Source of the DNA: Polymyxa betae A26-41
Taxonomy: Eukaryota > Protista > Endomyxa: Phytomyxea
DNA length: 55,817 bases
NCBI GenBank assembly: GCA_003693705.1
Contig: RBZT01000096.1
Span: forward strand, 1-55,817
Direction: 5' to 3'
This document shows positions 1 through 13,562 of the stretch, one piece after another; within the stretch, counting starts at the first letter, position 1; each line of letters opens with the position of its first letter. A program made the translations under genes and the position numbers. The notes under the pieces were generated by a model. It saw only the letters and a list, made by a program, of their open reading frames with translations. It did no database searches and was not told the origin of the DNA.

Positions 1-305
1 ACATTATAGTAACAGATATGGCATCATATTTCATGTCAGCTGTAATGGAAGAGTTTACACTTCCGTGTAACATCAAGTATCATTTTACAGTGGCATATGG
101 TCACTACAGTAATGGTTCCATTGAGATTATCAATAGGCATTATCTAGCGCTAGTTCGCGCTTTGATATCGGAGCTACACTGGGAGAAGGCAATCCCATCA
201 ATTTCTTAATCTACGAATCTGAAATTGCTTGGTAATCGCCGTTTTCATAAACGGAAGTTTTCGATGCTGCTTGCTTATCGCTCTATTGGAAATCTTGTAC
301 ACATC

Positions 306-1635
306 ATGGACCTAATATTTCATGTGCCCGTCCGCTGCTCTTTTGATAGTCATTGGCTGCAGGTTAGTCTTGGTGATCGATGGCGACCGCCAGACACAGG
401 GGTCGGCCGCTGTCGGTCTCTGCTTCGCCGCCGTCGTCTGGGTCGTCGCGGTGCCCTTATCGCATTCACGATCGTGGTGTGGGCCATCCTCAACAATGTC
501 GGGGCCATCAATTCGGTCGTGCCGTTCTGTATGGCTTCAGCTACTCCGTTTTTCCATCGCTTTGTCAGATCAATACTACGTTCGCTTTCTTCTCGAAAAC
601 TTCTTCGGCAGGTGTGTCTCTCTGGTAAATTGTTACCAAAATCTGTCATGCACAAGGTAAGCCCGTTTTGGAAGATGTAATTGTTTATTCTTCACGAATT
701 TGATCGCGACTTCGCTTTTCCCCAAACTTGTTTTGTAACAAGTATTTGAGCTTTCGTTCGTGGAAGATTATCATCTTCTGATGAGACCTGTCCTTTGGTC
801 GTAACACGGTCCTGCAGTGGTGATGAGGCATGCTCTGCAATTCTGCATCTGGAGACCAAGTCCACACGGATCTGCCCAAATCAAAATGACCAAATAAAAA
901 ACTAGATCATATTCGCTGTCAAATCGAATATAAACACATTGAAAGCAATGTGGACCAAATAAAAATGCATCCCTTGCTTAACAAGATAATAAGAGCATCT
1001 AGTTAGTTCAATGATGGCCACTCGCTCGAAAACGATCATTTCGCAGACGGGTCTTTGTTAAAATGGGCTTCGAAAAGGTCCAGATGCTCAGGAATGCGGG
1101 CGCTATCAGAACTGCTCAAAAATTTTGACTTTTCCTTGGAATCGCCAGCCGCTAGAAATTCTGCCATAGTTTCGCCGATAGGTGAAGGGCCGCCGTACTG
1201 ATCAAGCCGGGTTTCGAAACCAAACCGATCGTAGTAACGGTCCTAAAACAAACAATCGCACATTTTCATAATTATGAAATGAAACAACTGGAAGAAAGCA
1301 ATTGTATGAACTACAAAGATGAAAAATTGTTGAATGGTTCAATCCCTGAACATCCATATAAGATAAGCAATATGGCAAGAGACAAGGCAGACAAAACAAA
1401 GCAAAACCAACATTTAGCTCCCAGAGGCAATACAAGAGTAAACTGGAATATTGACAGCTAGGAGAATATCATAGCGAAAGTCGAAACAATCAAGCAGGTT
1501 CAACAACCTTCAGGCGTCATCTGTTTTCAGGATCGCAGAGCTCGAAAATGCTCATCAAGCGGGCTACAGGATAGACATCAGCAAGACGTTATAGATGCAA
1601 ACTCAGCGCCTTTCGCAGGTCGGTACGCTTTTTGA
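306..1635 (+). pseudogene. Possible decayed or fragmented gene of unknown function
   Basis: Strong donor AAG|GTAAGC at ~657. Downstream protein-like frames are broken by an apparent shift in the A-run at ~895-903 and by in-frame TAGs at 1004-1006 and 1459-1461, each followed by ~55-60 open codons. A competing Arg-rich minus-strand ORF (350-649) makes the strand uncertain. Confidence 0.2.
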
Positions 1636-1927
1636 ACGAGCAGAACGGGCACATTGAGAATGGGTCAGTCAGTATGAAGTCACAACATCAGAAAGATATC
1701 TTATGTATTATTATATTGTATTTATATTAATTAACTCCATACAGTACTACAGTCTTCCAGGTGTTGGTGAAGTACCGGTACAAACGTTCGACGATTGATG
1801 ATTATTCATTGAAAAAACGTCCAGATCTGGTACTCAATGCGATGAACGAGAAAGATATCTTCTGTACTCATTTCCGGTACCATTGCATGTACACGTATTT
1901 TCAGTGTTTCCACGAGGCGTTGATACG

Positions 1928-3352
1928 ATGATTCAGGCGACTCCTACAATCACTGGATTAATGACAACCATGCCCGTGATCATGGCCCTCCAGCTTCCAC
2001 TTTGTGTACTCTTCTGGCGTCGACGTCATTTATCCCCAATCAAAGAACGAATGCCCATTCGGACGTTGTTGGCGCTACTATCACTCAATGTACATTTCGT
2101 ACTCACAGTATACACAGTAATGAATCAGAACCACCATTGTTACCTGCTTTTTATTATGGCAAACTACGCCACGACCATCAATCAAGCGTCTATGATAACC
2201 CGGTTCTTGGGATATTATCTCATCTATCGACTGAATCGAGCGAAGACGCTGATGGCCGCTACCGGGAAGAATATGGTAGCGATCATGGGCCATGATCTTC
2301 CCAAGCCCAGCAACGTTGATATCTGGATGCTGAGAAATAACTGGTTCGTGACCTGGAAGTCTGTCGCTCCTCTCTGGATTGTTGTTCTCCTCATCATCAC
2401 CATCTTTAACTTCTTGTCATATCCATATTTTGCTGGTGACGAGTGCGATTGGCGATCATCGCTGCTTCAATCTTATGTACAGGTTAGTTCCAGAAACTCT
2501 GTTCCCCCTTTGGATCAGAAGAAGCGATCTTAATCACGTTTAGCTTTAACATGCTTTCCTTCGAGAGCTTGCAATGAATCGTCTGCAGCATGTTGTTTAT
2601 CTAGCTATGTTTAGGTGTGGTCATTTACCTGGGCGTTGATCTTCATTGCTCTCGGCATCAAGCTGCGACGATTTGTCGATGGATTTCATATACAATGGGA
2701 GCTGACGGCAACAATGAAGATGGTTTTGGTTCTCATGATACTTTGGTCTATACCTTTTATTATTGACTACGATAAGAACCAGTTTCCGGTTCTAACCATC
2801 GTTTATTTCCTCTTTAACGAAGGTTTATGGCTCGTCACTCTTATCCTGCCTATCAAATGGTCATATGGCGAGTTCGCCGAACATTTCTGCCCAAGTGGCG
2901 ATCAGATATCGTTGCACTGGATTCTGGACCGACCAGATGCTTTGGACGCATTTATACAGTTTCTGGCCAAGGATTTCTGCATTGAAAGTATTTATTTCTT
3001 GCTGTCTGTTCGACGCTTAAAAGAGAAATCGAAGAGAATGCTGGCGTGGCAAGCGCCCGACAACTCGGAGGCCAACAATATAAGCTTATCAGCATTTTCG
3101 ACCATGAGCGAATCCGGGTTGCAGTTGCAAATCAATGAAATATACGAGATATTCTGTAGGCAGGACTCGCCCTTCATGATTAATATCTCGTCGTCGACGC
3201 TCAAAATGATTGAGAGTGAATTAGACTGCGTCAGTGTCAACGTATTCGATGATGCTGTACGTGAAATCGAAGCGCTTCTTGAGAGCAACTCTCTACATCG
3301 CTTCCTTCAGTCAGATCTAGGAAGGCCATTGCTGGCCCATTTTAGCAGATAA
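1928..3352 (+). CDS. Seven-transmembrane RGS protein (7TM-RGS); exons 1928-2482 and 2615-3352
   Basis: In-frame GT-AG intron 2483-2614 (VQ|VW). About 7 hydrophobic segments with loops RRRHLSPIKERMP and KLRRFVDGFHIQWEL. C-terminal RGS box: AFIQFLAKDFCIESIYF...IYEIFCRQDSPFMINIS...VFDDAVREIEALLESNSLHRFLQS. Confidence 0.9.
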
Positions 3353-5278
3353 GACAGTCGTTAGCCAAGATTTTATTGTACGGATTCAGCAATAGTTCAA
3401 GTGATCGTATAAACTGATTGATGGCATCGGTAGACGATGTTGAATGAGATCATCAGCGGTCGTCAAATGCATCTTGTTGGTCGATATTAAAGGAGCAGTT
3501 TGCGTTTGGAGCTCACTTCCAGATACTGATATCGCTTGCGATTATGCCAATCAATCTCACTTAGCACCGACTGAAGTCGCTGAAATGAAGATTTTCAAAA
3601 AGGAGATCAATCATCATCGTCGTCATGTATCTTTATTATAGCACAACATAAATATTTGAAGAGAGTATAATTATATCTGCTTGTAGCGTGTTAGACCAAT
3701 TATTATACCGGTACCGGTACATAGGCACGATGGCATTAACAACTATGGGTCCCAGATCAGCAAAACTAAATCCCTGAAGTTTCCAATCACTTACATTAAT
3801 GACAGTAATCATAAACCTGTTTAGGAAATGTTGGTTTCGGACGTTAGCTTACAAGAACTCCAATTCGGTTGATGATCGACCTTACAAAATGAAGCCAGAC
3901 AACTAAAAATGTTTTTATTTTTTTGTTTCAGAAAGGGTTTTCACTTACTAATGTAGTGATAACAGTGACTTGAATTTAGGTGACGATTGATAACATTTGG
4001 TCGACTGCTAACTATCTCTTGACTCAGATTACGTCTCAACAGCATTAAGAACTCGGTGGTGACAATTCGCTGCATTCGTATCGCTTCGGGATGGGCGAGT
4101 CCTGAATCAATTTCGTTGGCTTAGGTTGATCTTTGATGCGTTCATCCCAGCGATCATGCCGTATCTAAATCGTTTTCAACGATGCTTCACGCCTTTCATC
4201 AGAACCAAAATCCGTGATAACGTCGAGCCAGAAATCGGAGGGATTCGTGATAAACAGATGTATTCATATTGGCTGTTTCATTTAGGAATCTACAATACAA
4301 GTATACGTTCATGTGTACACCAAGTATACTAACAATAGAGCTGGACATACCATATTGGAAATAGAGATTAGAGGACGAATAAGATCTGGTACTAAACATG
4401 AGCATACAGATCGGGGGTGTCGCTATCAACCGACGAGAAACACAATCGGCGAACATTGCGATTTGAGACGAGGAATCGAGGGAATGAATAACCAAAGTTA
4501 ACCAGCGTCATATTCCCAAACCCAAATGAATCAACCAAAAACGGTATGGGATGCGTTGGCAGATAGTTAAAGGAATAAAATAAAAAACTGAAGATTACAA
4601 ACCCGGAATGACACTAAGAAAAGAAAGGAAAAATTGCTGTAGAAACCAGCTACTTGAAAGGTTTCGGTAAAAGTACAAAGGATAAGAAAAAAGTATTTAA
4701 TAAATACAACAAAAATGGAATTGATAAACAGAAAGCCTGTACCATTATTTACTGGTAGGTCGTTATGAATAACGTCCAGATCCATGATCTGAACACAAGT
4801 TCCCTCCAGGCTTTTTAGGATACTCAAGATCTCATCAACAGCGTCAAGGTGTAATTGGATACAAACAAGTTCGGGATTTTAACGACATCGAGAGAAAAAC
4901 TAAACCACGATGTAATGATGCTGTGAATCACAAGCCACATCGTATAGTCGTATAGTTTTGCAACCATCTGCAGATTGGCACCCATCACCACCACTTGTTA
5001 GCGATCAAATTCTGGTGGCAGTTCGATACCATCTGATCGCAAGGGGACGCGAGGCAGCGGTCAACCTGAGACGACGATCCAACTCCAAGGGGTTCACATC
5101 GCTGATACGATCGTGGGTGCTACCACCTCTCGCCAGAAATCGAATCGTTACGATTCCACTTAGCAAAAGAACGCCTTGGCGAAATTACAGCAGTGAATAT
5201 CAGAAGAAGTTCGACAATTGCAGAATAGGTGAAATCAAATTGTGAGCACAGGTTCGATCGCGACGATTTCCAACCGCT

Positions 5279-6892
5279 TTATAAGACATCAACGGCAATG
5301 TTATTACTGCTAAGAGATATGGCGGCTGTCACCGATTTCACGATGGTCTTAAGACTTGTGCGATCCTTTGGGTTATGCTGAAGCATGGAATCAATCATGT
5401 CCCGGACAGCAGGTGAATACCGGTTCATGGGCACATGGCGGACGTGAAGATCAACCACCGCCAACGCGATGCTGCCACCGCTGTCCAGGACTTCATCTAA
5501 TGGTGACGATCCATAACACATCGCATATAACAGGCAGCCTAACGAGAAATTAATTTAGAATACTTTAAATCACTGGATCCCAGTATCATTGAGAATCAAA
5601 CTGTCCATTGAACAATAAAATGATATAGCACGTTATTAGGAATAACGGATTAAGGTTGAACATACAAGAAAGGTAGACTAAACTGAATGATAAGAATACC
5701 TAATGACCAGACATCTGTCTTAGCAGTAATTGTGGTGTTGAGTTTCACATGAAGTAATTCAGGAGCCCGATATGTGATCGTGGAATGTACAGACGCCTGC
5801 TCTTGCAGAGCAATCGCTTCTTGTCGTGTCACGACCTTGACAGAAGCAGGCGCCGCCGAACCGAAATCGGTTAGAACGGCACCCGCCTTGTCATCAAGCA
5901 GAACATTGCCAGGCTAATGAACTCATCAAAACCTGCTATGGATTCACAGAACACAATAAAGATGACAGTATTTGAGAGGTAGAAAAATACAGAATCAAGA
6001 TAAAAGATACCCATCCAATCCGAAGTTTCGAAGGATTTTTCTTACTCAGACAACAAAGAGAACTCAGCAAACAAGTAAAACAAGATTATCGAACTGGTAA
6101 AACCTTGATATCACGATGAGCGACGCCTGGTTTAATATCGTTATGCATGTAGGATACCGCCGAGCAAATCCCCAGAAATACTGTCAATAGGTCATGCTCG
6201 GAGAACCATTTCCCGGTCGCCTTTCGTGTTTGGATTTCCGATAATAAACTGCCTATTTTGCAGAATTTAATCGCGCGACTGTTCATGGATTGCATAAGCT
6301 AACCTTTGGTATGAAGCGACATCAAGAGCAGGACAACGACTTGGCCGTTCTGGGTGTCTTTAATTTCAGCATTATCGATGAGTTTAACGATGTTCGGGTG
6401 GCTTAATCGCGTCAGAAGCTCGACTTCTTCGCGAGCGAGCTTCAGCTGCTCTTCTGTTCCACAAATCATTCGTTTCAAGGCAAATCTCTTCCTGAAAACG
6501 AATCAATACGAATGATGCCACAAGCACGATAATAAACATTGAAAAAAGACAACAAAATACCAGCAGTGCGACTGTCAAACATCAGACGACAATGGGAGAA
6601 AAAATTTCACCGATATCGCTTCGATATTGCTAATAAAAGAGGTGATTACATTTTTTAAACAGAAAATATTGATACAGCGACAAGCTTGATTCCAACAAAA
6701 ACGCATTTCTGGAAAACTCGCGAATGCTTTGTGTGACCTTGTTCGTGTATTTTCGACGAGGTCAACGAAGGCGAAGCCGCCTTCAGCCAGACGTGTAATC
6801 TGTCGAACGGTTTGCTTCTTGAGCTTGTAGATGGGATGAGCGGCGAACACGGCCGTCAGCCATCTCCAAAAGCGTTGCAGAAGCGGGTGCAT
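5279..6892 (-). CDS. STK16: NAK-family Ser/Thr kinase, STK16-like; 5 exons
   Basis: Spliced product carries LAEGGFAFVDLV, FALKRM, HPNIVKL, AHRDIK|PGNVLL, TDFGSA, the NAK activation segment QEAIALQEQASVHSTITYRAPEL, TDVWSLG|C and GGSIALAV. All four introns are GT-AG and in frame. Confidence 0.88.
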
Positions 6893-7053
6893 TGGGATGA
6901 TCGCCCAACGCCACGATCTTCTGGACCGATGACGGGAAGCAGGAAGGGCGGCTGAACGAGCGTAAGATCAAAAGTCATGACCCAAGCTCATTCTGGACAC
7001 CGATGACAATTACATCACAATAATTCTGTCTTAATACTTGAAGTCACTCCCAA

Positions 7054-7077
7054 AAACCCTAGAGGCCCTAAACCCTA
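7054..7077. repeat. Short interstitial telomere-like motif (AAACCCTA...CCCTAAACCCTA)
   Basis: Degenerate CCCTAAA units ~160-185 bp upstream of the kinase ATG (telo-box-like position). Confidence 0.45.
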
Positions 7078-8264
7078 CTATACAAAAGTAAATCTCACAT
7101 AAAGCCCACCCATTATCTTTTCTTCCTGGAATCTGGAGATGTTCCCAATTCGCAGATGGATCCATTTGGCGAAATTTTCTAGCTCCATTTTTTATCAAAT
7201 GAAAGCTGTGGTCTAGAAAAGAATCTGCAAATGGAGGGACTTCTATTCTCGGTACTCAAATCACTCTCATATCTGCATACTACAAACAATCATTAACAGA
7301 GTTGGAACTCGTCAACGCGAATGGATAGGTAATCAATCACGTTGTTATCCATTACGAAAGATCTGATGCGATTTGGATTAGAGCGAGATCTTAGACAATC
7401 ATGTTCTAAACAACACGTTGGAGTTCAGAGTTCAATTGGCTGAATTATAGGAAGGATAGATCGCTGGGGAACCGACCAAACTCTTCAAGACTGCCCGAAC
7501 ACGTATTGAAAGATTACACTTTTTTGAATCCGGGTAAGTATCTGAATTCTGTCATGTGGGTCAGTACAATGATCGATTCATTCAGATCAAAATCAATAGA
7601 AATATCACTGAGTCCATCGATAGTATGAAATGAAGGCGACAATGGAAAGACGGCGGGCAACGATGACTCTGGCTCTAATGGAAATGTGTGGGAGACAACT
7701 GCGAATATCCAGCTGTGGTTTCCGATGGCGAACCATTTAAACCTCGTGAAGATGAAGGGACTCAATGTGCAGGTGCTGAACTATTTTCCTCTCATTTCTC
7801 GTTTCAGCATTTGCGGATTTTCGTTAAAATCGGTAAAATTTTCACTTTTCTTTTTCGTAGAGTGGTATGTATTATAGGTATATAAATAGATTTCCAATAT
7901 TTAAAGAGGCCTGATCTATTCGATGTGTATGATTACTAAGGGCAATATATCCAGTCGGGTATATTCACGATGGTTCTGGAACTCTGCCGAAACGCCAGAA
8001 TCGAGATTGTGCTGTAGTTGACAGCACCGCCTGTTGATGATATTCAGCAAACTAGACGACTCTACTTCTTTCCATTTTTGTATATCGCCAGCGTTTTTAG
8101 GCATCAATGCCATTCCTGCTCATCCTCGCACATACTTCGTCCAAACTCCAAAGTTAGCAACTGTCGAAAATTATCAACAGCATCTTAGTTGGCAATATCA
8201 AGACGATTCCGGAAGTGTACGATTGAAGATATTTGTTGCCAAATCGGTTTTCCTGTCTCGTTAA

Positions 8265-9530
8265 ATGCATCGAAATGAGCCGCCGTCTCCATCAATCCGA
8301 ACACGACGACTTGATCTGACGCTGGTATTCATCCAGGTGTTTCTGGCCGAATGTCCACGTGGCGTCGCTATGTCTGGCATGTTGCCATACTTTTCCAGCC
8401 TTTCACCAACGCCACAAGCAAACGTCGCTGCCGCCGTTTCGTTGTTCTCGTTCGGGCGTCTATTAGCGTCACTCCCATTCGGCTACCTCGTCGATCGCAA
8501 CAACTCTTCACGAACTGCTCTGATCATGGCCACTGGAATCACAATCATCGGTCAACTTCTCTATCTACTGGGTCCATACGTTCCGAACGGCATCGTTATC
8601 GTCCTGCTATCACGATTCGTGATCGGATTTGGGACAGGGACATTGTCTATCTCGCGCGCCTTCATGGTCAAAACCTGTACGCAAACTGAACGCACCCGGT
8701 ACATCTCCTACAACACTCTGGTCCAATACGTTGGGTTCTCGTTTAGCCCCATCTTGCCCATGATGATCGGGTTCGGCGATGAGCAAATGCGGACGGTCTG
8801 GGTGCCGTCCCTTCTAATTATCACGATGAACGTCTCTATGTTATTAGCGTTATTAACATTGATGAGTAAGCATGATCCTCTCCAACTTCGACGCGCTCAA
8901 TCCAAGACCGAACCGCTTGATTTTCAAAGCTGGACGCGGAATGAAACCGCCTTCATTCTGTTCCTATTTCTAAACTTTAGCTTAAGAGGCGTCGTGGGCG
9001 TCGCCGAAACAGTTGCAGCACCCGAACACCAACGTCTGAACATTACAGATGATGCTATCAGCGAGAGTGCCCAGTTTCTGCTTGTGCTGGGCGCCATCGG
9101 AACTTTCACGTTTGCATCGTTGCGAACAGTGGAGATGTGGTTGTCGTCTTTTACGTTGCTGCAGGTCGGCATGGCCGCCATACTAATCGGCTCCAGCATC
9201 ATGATCGTCATTAGTGATTCAATGACGGCACTAGTGGTGGGCATGGTGCTGGTCTGGTCTATCGGGTCGCCGATTACCCAGGTCTTAACCATTTCAACGT
9301 ACTCTCAGCTTATGGGCGAACGTCCCCAAGGCACCATTATGGGCTGGTTAACAACAGCTGGGTCGGTTGGAAGGATTCTGCTGCCAATGGCCTGCGTTGG
9401 TTCAGTCCGCTTCGCACATGCTCTTAACGTCTTAACGGTCATAATCTCAATGGTATTCGTGTCGTTGTTCCTCGTCAAAAGCGGATCGGCTTCCTCCAGC
9501 CCGAGAGATAGGTTAATAGCTGGAGATTAG
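8265..9530 (+). CDS. MFS transporter, MFSD8/CLN7-like, intronless
   Basis: 421-aa ORF with ~12 TM segments; GYLVDR motif A, LSRFVIGFGTG, and QGTIMGWLTTAGSVGRILLP resembling the MFSD8 C-terminal motif. Confidence 0.88.
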   Translation: MHRNEPPSPSIRTRRLDLTLVFIQVFLAECPRGVAMSGMLPYFSSLSPTPQANVAAAVSLFSFGRLLASLPFGYLVDRNNSSRTALIMATGITIIGQLLYLLGPYVPNGIVIVLLSRFVIGFGTGTLSISRAFMVKTCTQTERTRYISYNTLVQYVGFSFSPILPMMIGFGDEQMRTVWVPSLLIITMNVSMLLALLTLMSKHDPLQLRRAQSKTEPLDFQSWTRNETAFILFLFLNFSLRGVVGVAETVAAPEHQRLNITDDAISESAQFLLVLGAIGTFTFASLRTVEMWLSSFTLLQVGMAAILIGSSIMIVISDSMTALVVGMVLVWSIGSPITQVLTISTYSQLMGERPQGTIMGWLTTAGSVGRILLPMACVGSVRFAHALNVLTVIISMVFVSLFLVKSGSASSSPRDRLIAGD

Positions 9531-10094
9531 TATGAAATCGGAACTTGAGAATTGCCAATCAAACCAAGTATACAAAACTCGAACTGGAAAAAAAAAGGTA
9601 AAACTTAGGTCAACCGGGAGCATTAAGTACAAACGGGTTTCAGAACAACATAGACGTAATGCATAGGGCTGTTGCCGTTAACAGCAGTGCATTGTTATTG
9701 GGCTTGTTCGGAGGAAAGTTCTCTTATCTATTAAGGGCATTTAGAGACTTCATACATCGCGCCAGCTCTGTGAACGAGAACGTCGCCAAATCTCTTTGGA
9801 GTACAACAAAGTAAAGTTCTCTTATCTATCATGGGCATTTCGAGATGAAGATACCCCAGGCCGTCGAGGCTGAATAAGCCGAATCAGCTTCCGAAAAAAG
9901 TGAAAGAGAGAGAGAGAGGAAATGGCGGGCGTCTTGAATTTTTGCAAAGGTTTTCGATTTAGGGTTTCATGTGACAGTGATGCGCTGCTATACACTCGAC
10001 TGTCAAGCAAGTGTCAGTGACTGACAGGGGAGACTTCGATCGGTGAAATTTCGAATGCCCTCTTGACCTTGAACCACTTTTTATCATCTGCATC

Positions 10095-11059
10095 ATGTTA
10101 TCGTCAACATCGAGCACACCCGTTCTCGATGACCGCAGGCTTCTGCGCCAGAAAAAAGGTCGGCGCTTGGTTTGGATCGTCTGCTTTCTGCTAAGCTGGA
10201 TTGCAGCTGCTGATGGAGCATTGCAAATCAGACCGTTAGCCGATATTAGCAACACGCCACGACGAGCTTTCAATGACCTAACCAACCGTGTAAAGCCACA
10301 GAAATCGTAGGTCAAAAATTCATTTTATAGTCTCATATGTTAGATTGCTATTGATTTGAAGTCTTTGATTTCATATTTGCTCTTTATGATCGGATACCAA
10401 AAGAGCTGGGATTTCTGGTGCTGTCTCTGTTTATCCTTAATGAAAAACGAGAGAGGGAGCATTATTTCTCTGTTCGGCAGTTGTAAGCTCGCGTTTTTGC
10501 CTTCGGCAACGGATCGTTTCAGTTCCGTATTTTGATGCAGTTTCTCTCCTTCTCTATCTATACTGACTGCTTTTAGCGATTTGATTGCAGCAAGAAAGAA
10601 CGTCATTGAGAAACACACTCAGCAAAGGTACATATCAGGCACGTCTATCGCTTATTGTTTTTTTATGTTTACTTTTCCATTAGACCAGACGACCTGCTTT
10701 TCCAAGAGAAGTCAGCACAGATCTGTAATGCCGAGTCTGGTCACAAGTAATTATCTAAAAACCCTTTTTACCTTTTTTGACAATATTGCAGGGAGGATGA
10801 TAGTATCGAGTATTACTTCGGCAATTCGGAGCCAGCTGAATGGAAAGGGGAGATGGACGCCATGGATTACTTAAGATGCCTTCGTGATCCAGATCTCGTC
10901 CTCAGCGAAGTTGAAGAGGAACCGGCCTCGCACGTCCCATTAGTTGATATTCCTCGGCTTCCTGATGGATTCTTTGATGATATGCCCGATGCTCTCTTTG
11001 ATGATTCATCCGAAAACGACGTTAAAGATGAGCTGCTACCTACTATTGAATTACCTTAG
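10095..11059 (+). CDS. Hypothetical multi-exon protein with N-terminal hydrophobic segment and acidic tail
   Basis: Short exons join in frame through GT-AG introns (...SVRQ F|DLIAARK...QQR|PDDLLF...GHK|EDDSIEYY...IELP*). The first junction needs a weaker GTGTAA/AAG intron and is uncertain. Confidence 0.55.
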
Positions 11060-11548
11060 GTTTCTTATTATTTTATAAGTTATACGAGTGTTTTATATAA
11101 ACTTCAAACTGAAGCTTAACAGACATAGCAGCTATTATCTTGCGGTTTACAGCCTGGCAGTTGAACAATAGATGCAAGCCATAATAACTAACCAATCCTT
11201 GCATTACTGTCGATGCAGAAATACCCCCAATTACCTTACGCGGTCTGAAAACGATTAACGAGTTCATAATCACGAGCGGAAGAATTCATCACTCAATGCA
11301 TTCGGGTATCTTACGATCACCGATCCTGCGTCTGCTATCAGCTTCTGGTTTACGACTGTGCTTTATAATGAAGATCTAGATTCAGAATAGAAACATTACT
11401 TATAACTGAACGGAAATGAGATGTACCAATGTAGTAATGTTCTGGAACATTAGGCTGCTCCTCCGAAAGTCACGATTGATATGGATCACTCAAATACTCG
11501 TCCGTGGGTGAGGCCTCTATTGACTCTTCAGGCAATTTCAATACAATA

Positions 11549-13562
11549 ATGTTCATCGCCTTTATCGTTATCGTTGTCTTGCTCGGTGCTATCGTGGTCG
11601 TCTTCCTGCATCAGTCCCTGGAGAAGGGCTCTTCGGATCCTGCTGTGGCCTACTCGTCGCTACCGCAGCTGACACCGACAAAGTCGACCCGACCCGCAAT
11701 GCTAAATGCAGCTCTTAGCGTCGCTTGCGATTTGGCTATGCGCGATTTTGTTTATTCTTGGTGGCGACAATATACTGACGATGAGAATTTTCCAAACCAC
11801 ATTCGCGGTCTTGTCGCTCAAGCTTTCCTAGTCATGTCAGAAGACCTGTCAAAGGTGAACTGGGCCGTTCTTTTCCGGCAATATGTACAGATAATTCGCG
11901 ACAAAGTTGTGGAGAAAAAAGCTGCCGAAAACAGCATCGTGCTCTCACCAGCGAGCCGCTCAAGTAATTTGGCGGCTTTACCAGCATTGAATATTCCCGA
12001 TGGAGACAAGCCAGATGCGATTTATTTGGAATACTGTCGGCATTCGCTTCAACGAATTTTGCAGCACATCCTGCCCCAAGAAAAGACTGTGAATCTCATG
12101 CTGGAAGAGCTCTTGCTTAGTACCGTCGTTACGTCTTTGCTTGCGTTGCTGCACCCAGACAACCTCAATCAAATGCTGTTGGATTATTTAAATTCTGATT
12201 CAGAAGCAATCCATTGTGTAATCTCAGAATGGATTGAAGCTCAGACATCCACAGAACAGGTTCGTATGTATTTTTTATGGCAACTCGGTTGATATGTTCT
12301 TTTCAGGAAAGCGTAAGGAACGAGCTTGGGTCGGATGTAACCAGTGATTCGGCTGCATTGCATGCGATGCCGTCATCAGTCTGGAAAGTTGATATAGTCC
12401 AAGCAATGCTGAGATTCGACCCGAAACCTTATGTTGTATATCGTATTGAAATCCGTTATGGGCAGTCCTATTGGGAGATTTGTAGAAGATACAATGATTT
12501 TTCAAAGTTGCATAATCAGGTCTAAGTTGAATTCGTTTGTAACTTATTGTTGATCTTCCATTGCCTGCGGTTTCAGTTTGCTCTCTTCTGTGCAGCTTAC
12601 TGACAAGAACTTAGATTCGAAGGCAAGTAGGATCCGCGTTTACCGGGCAACTTCCAAAACGAAATTTTCGTGACAAATTCAAAAAAGTATTCATTGAGTC
12701 CCGGCGTCTGGAGCTCCATAGATATCTTCAACAGGTAAAGGCAAGGTTCAGCATTCCTGTTTGTTGATACCCCGGTTCTTACAGGTTATTTCGTGCCCAG
12801 AATGTCTCCAGACCTCAACACTATTTGAATGGCTTACTCCTAGAGCTTCAGATTTGGTCTCTGTTGCTTCTCCTGTTGGCCATGATTCGTCCAACGACGT
12901 GTCGAGAAATAGACTTTGGTCTGCAGATGTAAGCGCATTATGTGCTCTCGCTGTCATTATAGTGCTCAATTTTAATTTTTGTATTTTACAACTATATATT
13001 GATTGTGTAGAAACAGGCAGAACCTGGTTTCTTCCAGAATATCGAAATCTTGGATTCAGAAGACCCGAAACTGCGCTTTCTGATAGCCGATATTCTGTCA
13101 TTGTTTAAGTCGCTTTTAGGAAGTGATATTTCGCTAAGAACAAGAACAGGATATCGTATTCTTTACACGTACGCACCGCGCTCTATCCTCAAGGAGATGA
13201 GGAAAGTCACTTTCAATGATTTTTTTGCTCGCATCCTGGTTTGGATCACGACGACTGTGTGGCCAAATGGCGTTCTGGTGGAAACTGTCCCCAAAAATGT
13301 TTGTCGAACTGAGGAAGAGCGGAGGCAGCTGCAAGTCAACACGGAAGCTGCTGTTCTTAAAATTATCCCGAAATCAGTTATACTAATGTTAGGCCAAAAT
13401 GCTTGCGAAAAGGTCGTCAAGAATTTTATTACAACTCTGAACAAACGGGGAAAAATGACTGAGGCTGTTTGTATTATGCTTGAAACCACTGTGGATCATC
13501 TCGTTTCTCAAAGAAAAGCCAAAGATTTATCTGCACCCACTACCGGCTTTTCTGCTGCTTAA
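11549..13562 (+). CDS. PXA-PX-PXC sorting nexin (SNX13/14/19/25, Mdm1-type), no RGS domain seen
   Basis: N-terminal TM; PXA motif RDFVYSWWRQYTDDENFP; PX motif YVVYRIEI...RRYNDFSKLHNQ|IRRQ...LPKR...FIESRRLELHRYLQ; nexin-C motif VWPNGVL...RTEEERRQ. Four in-frame GT-AG introns. Confidence 0.88.

Noticed and set aside
12590-12680. Apparent premature TGA in the PX domain
   Set aside because: Using the acceptor ACTGAC...AACTTAG restores the conserved PX frame.
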